A stretch of 64,000 bases of DNA from positions 44,268,001 to 44,332,000 of the forward strand of contig NC_043009.1 in the NCBI RefSeq assembly GCF_006345805.1, written 5' to 3'. This document shows positions 47,944 to 58,915 of the stretch, in pieces. This DNA comes from Octopus sinensis. Taxonomy: Eukaryota. The notes beneath the pieces were generated by a model. It was not told where the DNA came from. It saw only the letters and a list, made by a program, of their open reading frames with translations, and searched no databases. The position numbers and the translations under genes are program-made. The stretch's first letter is position 1; every line of letters begins with the position of its first letter.

Positions 47944-47950
47944 ACTCACT
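47865..47950. repeat. (CT)n/(CA)n compound microsatellite
   Basis: Long CT run at 47887-47939. Confidence 0.95.
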
Positions 47951-48249
47951 AAAATTCTGACAGAAAATCTAAACCAGAATCAAAAAGCCACCTCATGGTG
48001 TGTGGAAGTGGTTCACTGATTTGGGCCTTTGTGGTGCATGTAGGTAAATATGACCAACAGTGGTTAGTAAACCATATTGGTGGTATATTTTTTCTGGAAG
48101 CTTCCAAAAGATCTGTGGAGAGACAGATCTAGTGTTATTTGAAGTGTATCAATGTCAGACTGGCTCTGAGATGACTGGGGAGTGGGTGGGGGAGGTCAAT
48201 TTGACCACATCTACATCTGAATCATATCCATTTTGATATATGGGAGGCA

Positions 48250-48350
48250 ACAGCCTGGGTACCAAGTACAATACTGCATAGTATAGTACAGTACAGTACC
48301 AAGTAGAATACAGTGTTATACCATAATGAGTACAATACAATGAAGTACAG
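48250..48350. repeat. Degenerate (CAGTA)n pentamer repeat
   Basis: AGTACAATACTGCATAGTATAGTACAGTACAGTAC. Confidence 0.7.
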
Positions 48351-49802
48351 TAAAAAAGGTCTCAGTAAACATATCTCAGTTCTGATAGAGCTATTTTACT
48401 GTTCTACTACTAACTTCCACATGTCATTGAGGCTATATTATTTGAATCTTTATTTTCATGCTCTACTAATCGTTTATCATCATTTTACGTCCACTTTCTT
48501 ATGCTGGAATGGTTTGAGTGATTGTCAGAATACTGAACCAGTTCTTGTTCAGGGAAGTTGTATCAGGGACCAAGGTTTGCTCTTATATTCCATTTTTAGC
48601 ATTTTCCTACAGTTTGAAAACTTCCCTAACACCAACCACTTTTATGATGGCACCATCATTAGAGGAGTTGTCGTGTTCTTGACAGGACTAAAACATACTC
48701 TCTACTCTGGGTTATCTTCATTGACCAACCACGTTACATATTTTATTGAGTATATGTTATCATGGTACAGTACCAGTGAGGTTACTATGTCCTTGACAAG
48801 ATTAAAGAATCCTCTCTCATATGTTGTTTCTGTTCACTTGCTAATCACCTTAGAGAATGTAACTGGGAGCATATTGCCAAGGTACTGGGTCTAGGGATGT
48901 CATGTACTCCACAAGATTTTTAAATAATCCTTTCTGCCCTACATTGCCTCATTTATTCATTCACTAGCACCTGAGAGTTTGTCTTGCTCCAGGCAGATAG
49001 AAGAAAAAGTGATGGAAGAGGACCAGAATGATTGGAGTGAGTGAGAAAGTGGGGAGGTAGAGAGCTGCTTCACAGTTGTTGGTAAAGATATTGAATAGAA
49101 ACATGGTGATCAGCATGATGGAGGAAAAAAGAGAGTGAGTGTGATGAGAGGGAGACAGGACAACAATGGAGGGAGTACTGGTAATGAAGATGAGTAGTTG
49201 GTGAAGGAGTAATATAGGAGAATGACTGTGTGATGGTAAGAGAGAGAGAGAGAGGTTGGGGGGGATTAAGGCTAGCAATAAAGGAAGTGTTTAGTAACTT
49301 TTGAAATAAGCTCTTAGTACCTTAGTAAGAGCCTATTTATCACATGTTATGGACATTTCAAGATGTGCTTTAACATAAATCCAGCTCTATTTTCTGGTTT
49401 TTAGTGATCAAAGTAATTATACTGGCTAAAACATTATGCATAAAGAGATTGTCCAATCAGTATTCTCTATCATTAGACACTAACAGAAAACATTTTTAGA
49501 AACTGAGTATGCATATAAATGTGTGCAAATTTTTGACATTTGTGCTTAGTTTCCTTTCTTATTTGCAAAACATTCGTCTCTGAAATAGGACAACAACCAA
49601 CTACCAAAAGTCAAACAAATTAAGAGACATAAGTTTAACTCCTAACTTCCTAAGCAGTACAAATCTGTGGCATTGCTTTTCTCTGCCTCAAACCACACAA
49701 ATCAAACTACCACCTCTAATCTTAACCTTTTTGAAACCAAACTGCTTGAGGCTGCCCTTGGTTTTATGGTACAGATTTCCATTTACAAAGTGATCTGAAG
49801 CA

Positions 49803-50150
49803 CGCAGACACAGCTGTGTGGCTAAGAAGCTTGCTTTGCAACCACATGGTTTCAGATTCAGTTCCCCTGAGCAGAACCTTGTACAAGTGTTTTTCTACTC
49901 TAGCCCCAGGCCAACCAAAGCCTTTTGAGTGAATTTGGTAGAAGGAATCTGTATGGAAGCCTATCATTTGTGTTTCTAGCCAGCCACTGCTTGACAACTA
50001 GTGTTGGTCTGTTTATGTCCCTGTAACTTAGTGGTTTGACAAAAAAGACTGGTAGAATAAGTACCAGACTTTAAAAAATAAGTATTGGGTTTGATTTGTT
50101 TGACTGAATCCTTCAAGGTAGCACCCCTGCATGACTGCAACTGGAAATCA
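49803..50150 (+). mobile_element. SINE family A
   Basis: GCTGTGTGGCTAAGAAGCTTGCTTTGCAACCACATGG head; GAATAAGTACCAG tail. Confidence 0.8.
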
Positions 50151-50910
50151 GTAAACTCCCTTATAAAATTTCATGTTAATTTATGTTCCAAACTTCAGTT
50201 TAATAATATGAATTATTTTACTATATTCTTCGTTATTTTTTTAATTAATTGAAAGAAAAGTAATGTATTTCAATGAAAATATGGTGACAATGACGTTAAT
50301 TCCACTAATCTAGCATTTTGTAATATTTGTTATTAACATTGACCCCCAAGCCCCATGCATTGTGGAATTTTTGTGACCACCATAATGTGTTTTCTATTGA
50401 CACTATTTGTAAACGACTGCTGATCATTCTTTGAGAAGCAATTTATTCAGTATTTTAATTAATGAATTAATGACTGATAAGGCTTTATGGATGATAGCTA
50501 TTTCTTCCATATGTACTTTGATGTTTGATTTAGGTCCATCTGATGTTTCATCAAGTGACTTGGATGAAATTTTACCAGAAAGAATGGTCCGTCACTGAAC
50601 CTTTTGCAAGTGCTTTAAGTTCAAAAATACCCGTAGGATTTGGTGTAAAGCGTGTTGAGTACTTTTTCAATGTTATCCATTGAATTGATCAGTACAATTT
50701 CAGAAGAAGAAAAGCAATCAACTTTTTTCTTGTATTTGTTGAGGAAATTCATGCATACCTTGGCATGCTGATTCTGAAGAGAGTAACTCAACTTTCCTCG
50801 AAATTTCATAATGGGAAAAACTGCAAAAAAATGCCATGGCGAAAACCTTTTTGTTTGTGATGTTTGTATGTCCATATCTATTACTAATTGCATTTAATTT
50901 ATTACAAGCA

Positions 50911-51210
50911 CTTCTTTTCAGCATCTTTTTTGAGGCATCATCATCATTCAAAATCTGTTTTCCATGCTGGCACAGGTTGGACGGTTTGGCCAGAGCTAGT
51001 AAAGCCAGGGGCTGCACCGGGTGCACTCCATTGTCTGTTCTGGCATGGTTTCTATGGCTGGATGCTCTTCCTAATACCAACCGCACCGCAGAATGTACTG
51101 GGTGCTTTTAAATGTGGCACCAGCACTGGTATCAATTCTTCTGTGGCAGATGGATCTTGAGTGTATCTGTTTTTTAGATTTTATATAATTAATTAACAAC
51201 CACACATACA
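50911..51210. repeat. Donor of a local 300-bp duplication (family C fragment plus flanks)
   Basis: Co-linear with 53076-53377, including non-repeat flanks. Confidence 0.88.
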
Positions 51211-51824
51211 CAATATTGTCTGACATTTACATTTAAAAAATAAATTTTTTTCCCCCCTGCAATATTGCAATATTTCACAATCTGACCTCAAATAACGAGA
51301 CTATAAACATTTTAATAAACTCATTCTTAGGTATTTTCAGTTCAGTCATTAGAAGACTGAGCTTTTGATTCAACAGGATGTTTAAAGTTAATTCCCCTCC
51401 TCACAGTGACAGCATAATGACAGTAGCAGGGTTTGAACTGATGAACAACCTGGTCGCTTTTCTGGCTCCTTGAGGTCTCTAACTATTTTAAACAACATAC
51501 CCAAACTAAATAATTCATGATTTGTTTTGTAAATTATTGCACTTTTATTCTCTGTTGTGATTCAGTATTTATCTCTCCACTCTGTATTTTCGTTCATGCT
51601 GCTTCTTTCCTTGTGGTTGTTGGGCTTCTCGACTGTATTTCATAAAAAGCCTTGTGTTCTTCAGAAAGCTGTCTTTATTCATCTTTTCTCAGTTTATCTG
51701 TGATTTCAATGCCACCAATATACCCAGGACAAAAATAATTTTCTCCATTTGTATAATTGACCCAAACAAAAGTTAACTATAAAAGCTGCCATATGACTTT
51801 GTGTAGAAACAGACCTACCTTTCT

Positions 51825-51826
<2 letters not shown>

Positions 51827-51876
<50 letters not shown>

Positions 51877-51890
51877 TATATATATATACA
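51827..51890. repeat. (CA)n/(AT)n microsatellite
   Basis: Direct reading. Confidence 0.95.
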
Positions 51891-52245
51891 GACCTTGTAA
51901 CAAATTACTTGATAACACTATCTTAACTAATCAGCTGTCATTAGCACCATTTTGATAACTTTGTTCAACAAGTCACTGTTGGTATGATAAAGCATTTTTA
52001 TTTACTAAACACCTTATCAAAATAGTTTTGAATGAAATCATTCTAGTTGCCATATTCAGATCAATTTCTGTTTATACCTCCTTCTGATCATCAGAGGTCA
52101 TGATAAACTGGTAGAAGTTTAATATGAAAAGTGTTTTTGATAACCTGATTAGTCTATTAATTATTCTAAAGATATAAATTTTGATCATTAATATCAATAA
52201 TTTTATGCTGAGGGCTTAGATAGGAATTTTATATATTGACGTTTT

Positions 52246-52965
52246 ATATCTGTCACTTGTTTCAGTCATTGGACTGCAGCCATGCTGGGACATTGGCTTG
52301 AAAGGTTTAGCTGACAAAACCAATTTTAGTACTTATTCCACTGGTCTCTTTGGGCAAACTGCTAAGTTATGAGGATATAAACCAGCCGACCCTGGTTGTC
52401 AAGCAGTAAGGAGATAAACACACACACACATGCACGTATGTTTGTGACTAACCTAAAGTTCGCTTATACCTAAACATGCTGATACTGCTGAATTTCTTCC
52501 ACCCTGATGGTCCAATGATATGGCTTAGCCAATGTTGTTGACTGTTTTAGTTAAAGCTATGGCCTTAAATCTCTCCAGAGGTACCTCCCTTTGGTATTTT
52601 CCATTGATAACAGCTAAAGAGCTAGAAATGCATATGGAAATCTGACAGGAGGCAGCATTGGACAGACATTGTGTTTTTACACCCTTTCACCAGAGAATTT
52701 TTTTCTACATGGTCACTACAGTACATTTGCCTTTTAGCAGTTGAAATACGTCACATATTTTAACTAACCTAAACTTTGCTTATGCCTAAACACTGTTTGG
52801 TGCTGACACTGCTGGACACACACATACACATAACAGGCTTCCACGTAGTTCTTGTGCCAAATTATCTCACAAGGCATTGGTTGGTCTGAGGCTGTAGTAA
52901 AAGTCACTTACCCAAGATGCTGTGCAGTGGGATTGGACCCCAAACTACAAAGCCATGCCTGCACC
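52246..52965 (-). mobile_element. SINE-A split by a ~370-bp insert at its (CA)n linker
   Basis: 3' half 52246-52440, 5' half 52815-52965, same orientation. Confidence 0.7.
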
Positions 52966-53007
52966 TATAAACTTATAATTATTATAAGTTTATAATTTAT
53001 CGACTTA

Positions 53008-53444
53008 ACAAATGATCCTCAGGCATTCATTTAAAAATGTGGTGTTCAAAGCTGACTGTGAGGTTCCGTAAGAACCTTCTTTTCAATATCTTTCTTGAGT
53101 CATCATCATCATTCAAGGTCTGTTTTCCATGCTGGCACAGGTTGGACAGTTTGACCAGAGCTAGTAAAGCCAGGGGCTGCACCAGGCTCGCTCCATTGTC
53201 TGTTCTGGCATGGTTTTTATGGCTAGATGCTCTTCTTAATGCCAACCACTCCACAGAATGCACTGGGGACTGTTTATGTGGCACCAGCACTAGTATCAAT
53301 TCTTCTGCGGCAGATGGGTCTTCTTGAGTGTATCTGTTTCTTGGATTTTATGTAATTAATTAACAACCACACATACAAATGATCCTCAGGTATTTATTTA
53401 AAAATGCATTGGTGTTCAAAGCTGACTATGAGGTTCCGTAAGAA
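53008..53444. repeat. 300-bp duplicated segment flanked by 67/70-bp direct repeats
   Basis: Repeats at 53008-53074 and 53375-53444 enclose a copy of 50911-51210. Confidence 0.88.
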
Positions 53445-54000
53445 TGTTGACTACTTTTAGTTAGAAAATTTAATTATCATGATTACTAATGAGGGTATCC
53501 AGTGGTAAATTGATTTGGTTAGACTTTGTCTTGTCCTATCAGGAATGTGGTTAAATTGTGTTTTGTGATATTCTATTTCTCTTCAGTACTACAGTGCCAA
53601 AAGCTAGTGTTTCCCCAAACAGCATTGCGATAACTCCATTTTCAGCAAGAGTCTTGCACCATTGTCTGTGACTGGAATTTGACCATATGTATGTAGATCA
53701 ATCAGCTCTAATAGAATGTGATTGTCTGTTTTGCAGTCGCTTTATGCATACACCATTGGCAATAATTTTTGTGTGTTTGTTGGGTGGAGTGGGTATACCA
53801 GTGGATGATCATGATATATATATATATATATATATATCTATACACATATATGCACACCATATGTGTGTATATCCAAATACATATACACACACACACACAT
53901 ACATACGTGCACACACAATTTCAAACTTGTTGACAGACCTTAAAGACATAGGTTATTTTAACCATTTTTCATTCTATCTTTATTTTATTTCCATTGTTAT

Positions 54001-54295
54001 ATCATCATCATCGTCGTTGTCGTTTAGCGTCCGCTTTCCATGCTAGCATGAGTTGAATAGTTCAACTGGGGTCTGGGAAGCCAGAAGGCTGCACCAGGCA
54101 GTGTTTCTATGGCTGGATGCCCTTCCTAACGCCAACCACTCCGTGAGTGTAGTAGGTGCTTTTTACGTGCCACCGGCACGAGGCCAGTTGGGGTGGTGCT
54201 GGCAACAGCCACATTCGGATGGTTCTCTTACGTACCACCGGCACTTGTATCACAGCTGCAATTTCCATTGATGTTGATCGAACATATAACATTGA
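54001..54295 (-). mobile_element. Young family C 3' end
   Basis: CATCATCGTCG..TTTAGCGTCCGCTTTCCATGC...GGATGCCCTTCCTAACGCCAACCACTCCG; CpG-rich. Confidence 0.85.
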
Positions 54296-54961
54296 TGTTA
54301 TATGTTCATTGTTTTTCTTTTCTTTCTTTTTTTCCCTTGGGGATGGGTTTTATATTTATGCAAATTTAGGTATTAGCTTTTGGTTGATTACTTTGTCATT
54401 CCTCCACTGCTCTGAAATTTAAAATGACATGTCTGTTTCAACAAGAATAAAAACAAACTCTTACCTTGTCATCCCCTGAAGGAATTTCTACTTTCATTTC
54501 TGTACTTAGCTATTTATATATTTGAAACAACAACATCAAAAAGCCATAGTGTCCCCATAATTCCTTGCTCCATTTTGTTTCTTTGGCGTGAGGTTACCAT
54601 TTATTGAACCCTAACCAGTCCTAGGTTAATATCTAAAATTTATGTTTTCTCAAACAACTTACTAATTGACAGGAGTTGACGTGGCTATGTTGCTGAGTGT
54701 GTCTCAGGTTCAGCCCCACTCTGCTGCACTAAGGGCAAGTGTCTTCTGTTATTACCCGGTGCTGAGCAATGCCCTGTGAATGAATTTGGTAAACAAACTA
54801 CAAGAATCCCATCCTACATGTGCACATATATATCTGAGTGTGTATATTTTATGATGTTCCAAAGCATCATGTAATTGGTCCTGTTCAGTATTTAAGGAAG
54901 GAATAGGTAGGAACTAAACCAATCTGAATATTCATAGACAGGCTCCAATAAAATAGCAGAA

Positions 54962-55205
54962 AGTGTGTGTGTGTGTGTGTGTACCCTTGTCTTGACATCA
55001 CATAATGGTTGCAGGACAAGCATCACTGTCATACAAGGAATGTTTGTTTCCATGAAAAGCATGTGTGACCCAGGGAAATATCACCTTATTTGAAAACAGG
55101 TGAGAATTGGCAATGGGAAGGGCATCCAGCTGTAGATAAATCAGCCTCAACTAATTCCGTCTGACCCATACAAGCATGGAAAATTAGATGTTAAATGATG
55201 ATGAT
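54962..55205 (+). mobile_element. SINE-E 3' half
   Basis: GGGAAGGGCATCCAGCTGTAG...GACCCATACAAGCATGGAAAA...GTTAAATGATGATG. Confidence 0.75.
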
Positions 55206-55565
55206 AATGGAAACCATCAGTATGTTGTAGTGGTTCAGTCTGTGGTTAGTCACTGTTTGTCGTATTAATCTCAAGTCTCATGTTTACTTAATTTTCTGTT
55301 ACACATATGCACTGTTTCATATTGTTTTCAGCAATCCAGATTGTGTAATGCTAATAGTTTTAATCTAACAAATCCATAACATGTTATGACGACTAACTGA
55401 CTATGTGTAGATAAATGTTGTTTACAGTTTGGTTTGATTTTGTTTTTTTCACACTTATTGCTAAAAACAACAGAGTTTCGTTGTATGTTCCAGTATTTGT
55501 ATTTCGCATAGTATTATGGAGCATTATTTCATTTCTGTGTGTGTGTGTGTATCATCATCCTTTAA

Positions 55566-55785
55566 CCCTTTCATTACCAACCCAGCTGAAACCGGCTCTG
55601 GCTCTGGGTACAAATGTCTTGTTTTCATAAGTTTTGAATAAAAATCTTCCACCAAACCTTAGTCACAATTTATGTTCCCAACACTAGCTTAATGATAACT
55701 AAGTTATTTTACTAAATTCTTTGTTATATATAAAGTAATTGAAAGAAACACAGAGCATCTCAAAATAAATACAGTAACGAAAGGG
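55566..55785 (+). mobile_element. Intact piggyBac-like MITE, family Q
   Basis: TTAA|CCCTTTCATTAC ... GTAACGAAAGGG|TTAA (12-bp TIR, 1 mismatch). Confidence 0.92.
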
Positions 55786-55789
55786 TTAA

Positions 55790-55975
55790 CGTACATGTTC
55801 CATGCTGGCATGGGTTGTATGGTCGGAGAGGATCCAATTTTGTCCAGCAGATAGCATTATGCTCCAGTACCTTCTTTGATATGGTTTTTACCACTTGATG
55901 CCCTTGCTAACATTAACTACATTACAGAATGTACTAGGTGCTTATTTCATGCCACCAGCCCCATTGAAGCTATGT
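55790..55975 (-). mobile_element. Family C 3' end, interrupted at its TTAA by MITE Q
   Basis: CATCATCCT-TTAA[MITE]TTAA-CGTACATGTTCCATGCTGGCATGGG. Confidence 0.75.
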
Positions 55976-55989
55976 AGCTTGCAAGATTA

Positions 55990-56423
55990 TGAACACTTAG
56001 GGGCAGCTTTTTGTCAGGAGATGGGAGTAAAAGTGTGAGTGAAGGGGGTCAGAGCATAACAGGTTGCTTGTTGTGGAGAAACTACATGAGTACTCACATT
56101 TTAAAGGAGAGGGTTGGAGTGACTGGGTGGAACTGGAAAAAGATAAAAGTAGTGGTGACAAGGTGCCAGGGTGGACCCACAAGGTACAAGTTGAGTAGAA
56201 ATGAGAGAGTCGGAGAGACAAGGGGAGTGAGTGGATGGATATTGCCAGAGATAATGGAAGGAGTGAGAAATGAGAAGTTGGTATGGGAGGAGGTTGGAGA
56301 TTATTGTAAAGATTGGGTGGAGGAGGAGGGCTGATGTAGTGAATGGTGGACTACCAATGATACACAAAATGGGGAGGATGGGAAGGGGAGTAGGGAATGA
56401 CTAAATGGTAATACGGCAGGCAG

Positions 56424-56456
<33 letters not shown>

Positions 56457-56560
56457 TGAGATATGGTTGGGTAAGTTGCATGAGGAGAGTGAGAGAAGTA
56501 TGATGGTGGAGGAGAAGGGATAATCTGGTGGGTTCAGTAGGGGTTGGGGGGTCAATGAAA
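55990..56560 (+). repeat. Purine-rich degenerate tract with (GA)n
   Basis: Strong G/A bias on the + strand. Confidence 0.6.
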
Positions 56561-57289
56561 GCTTGAGTGGGGAGAACAGTATTAATGTATGAAAAATGGG
56601 TGTGTGTGTGTATGTATATATATATATATATGAATGTGTGTCTGTGTGTGTACCTACCTAGTTGATATTGTTGTTTCATCTGGATTGACTCTAATCCAGA
56701 AGACCTATAGATTCCAACCATAACCATCACATCTATTTTCTTTTTCAAGGAGTGTTTTATCATAAATTACATTTTCCCTTAAGACTGAAGGGGGTAGGTC
56801 TACATGGGAATTTGGTTGCTATTTCTAGAAGTTTGACTTATCACATCAGAGCTCTCTTGTTCATTCATTGAATCTTGAATCACCAGGTTTTAAAAACAAC
56901 CAGTGATCTAATATGTTTAGTCAGTGATCAAGGCTTTGTGCAGATGCATAGCCTATTACTTAATATGGCAACCAAATCTCCTACCATCTATAAAATGAAG
57001 GGAGTTTGCTCATGTTTTATTACAGTATATCTGTAATGAAGACAAGATAACCATTGCTACAATACCTGTTATCCAATTGAAGTTTAATCAAACCACCATA
57101 TCACCTTTGGTGGCTCACTGGTGGTTTTTAATTCTTGCATCAGTTATTTTCATGTTTCTCAGAACTGATTAGGGGTCACAACAGCCATGACCTAACAGTA
57201 AATGGGATCAGATAGGAAATGGTGGCATCGTCATTGTCGTCATCATAATCTTGATTGCCAAAATTGTTAGTGCTTTCTAGGAAAATAGC

Positions 57290-57770
57290 TTGTATTTTTT
57301 TCCAGTTCCTTACATTTCGATTTCAAATCCTTCTGAGGTCAGCTTTGGCATTTGTCCCCTTGGGATTGTTAAAACAAAAAGTACCAGTTGAGTACTGAGA
57401 TTGATGTAAATGGTAAACCCACACCTCTCAATAATTGCTGCCCTCATTAGAAATGACAATGAGGGTGCAGGGTTGTCAGAATCAAAGGTCAGAACAGCTG
57501 TGAAGTAGCATTGAATATAATCAGATACAACAGGTGCAGCAGTGGTAGTGGTATCATCATCATTAACAGAATCCTTGGAACTTTTTAGAAAAAATGTCTT
57601 GCAATAATTGTTTCAAATCTTTTATGTTCTGAGTTCAAATCCTGCCAAAGTCAACTTTGCCTTTCATCCTTGTGAAGTCACAATACAATACCAGTCACAA
57701 ACCAGGGTTGATGTAATTGATTAATTCCCCCCTCCACCTTCCCTACATTTCAGGTCTTGTGCCTAAATTC
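57290..57770 (+). mobile_element. Two decayed SINE-B units
   Basis: TTCTGAGTTCAAATCCTGCCAAAGTCAACTTTGCCTTTCATCC and AAGTACCAGTTG motifs. Confidence 0.65.
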
Positions 57771-58694
57771 ATTTTTCTCTCAAAATATTAACCCTTTTCT
57801 TACCATATTTAAATCAGTGGTTTGGCAAAAGAGACCAATAGAATAAGTACCAGGTTTACAAAGTATCAGTCCTGGGGTTGATTTCTTCAACTGAAAAACC
57901 CTTTAAGCCGGTGCTCCAGCTTGGCCATGGTCACATGACTGTAAAAGAATATGTATGTTAGATACACTGCCATTATTCAGACAGTGCTTGAAATATAAAT
58001 GACCAAGAAATTTTTATGGAAGGTTTTAGTTTAGATCATTTTAAATTGAGGAATTTGTTTCATAGAACCAAAGGTGCTTTCAGATTGGTTGTTATGAAAA
58101 GGATTAAATAAATAAGTTGAATAGTTGATAAAGCATAAGAAGTTTTGTAAAAAAAAATATTTATAAATTTAACAATTATTTAAAATTTTGTTTCATTTTC
58201 CTCTTGATTTCTGTTTCTACAAACAGTCCTGCTCTCATCCCCACTCATAAAGGTATCTTATCTTACTTGAGCAGCACAGAGATTTGTAGTACTTTCAAGG
58301 TTTAATAGATCTTCTCCATTGTCCATATTGCTGTGAAAACTTGCTACTCTTGACATTTATGTAAAGAGAAGTTTCTGTAATTCTAAAGTGCGTTGAAATA
58401 TCATAAAATCCAAAATACCAGAAAATTTGCTATTAATAACACAGCCATGAGCAACAGAACTTCATCTGTTTCCCAATGCCTTCCACTACAGTTCCCTATG
58501 CTACAATGATAACATCAGTCTGTCAGGATTGATGTTTTAAACTTTTATTACATCTGCGTAATTTATTATATATTTTTGACATGAATCATAAAACATTTTT
58601 TTTCTATCTTTTCCTTCTATGTGCTACCAAAATCCAGAAATATATAGTTGGTAAATAAATATGCAATTTCAGAATTGCATATCAAAGTCATATA

Positions 58695-58915
58695 CTTGTG
58701 CTAGTGCCGCAAAAAATGCACTTGTACCAGTGTCATGTAAATGCAAAAAGCACCCAGCATACTCTGTAAAGTGGTTGCCATTAGGAAGGGCATCCAGCCA
58801 TGTAAACTGTGCCAAACAAACAGTTGGAGCCTGGACAACTCTCTGGTTGGCCAGTTCCTGTCAAACCGTCCAACCCATACCAGCATGGAAAATGGACATT
58901 AAACAATGATGATTG
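58695..58915 (+). mobile_element. Family C 3' end
   Basis: TTAGGAAGGGCATCCAGCC...CCAACCCATACCAGCATGGAAAATGGACATTAAACAATGATG. Confidence 0.8.

Noticed and set aside
48313-48894. Longest ORF in the window (193 aa)
   Set aside because: Starts in a pentamer repeat, crosses an antisense family C fragment, and has no recognisable domain or splice context
50718-53327. Pairs of near-identical ORFs at 50718-51160 and 53027-53327
   Set aside because: Products of the local duplication of a family C fragment, not paralogous genes
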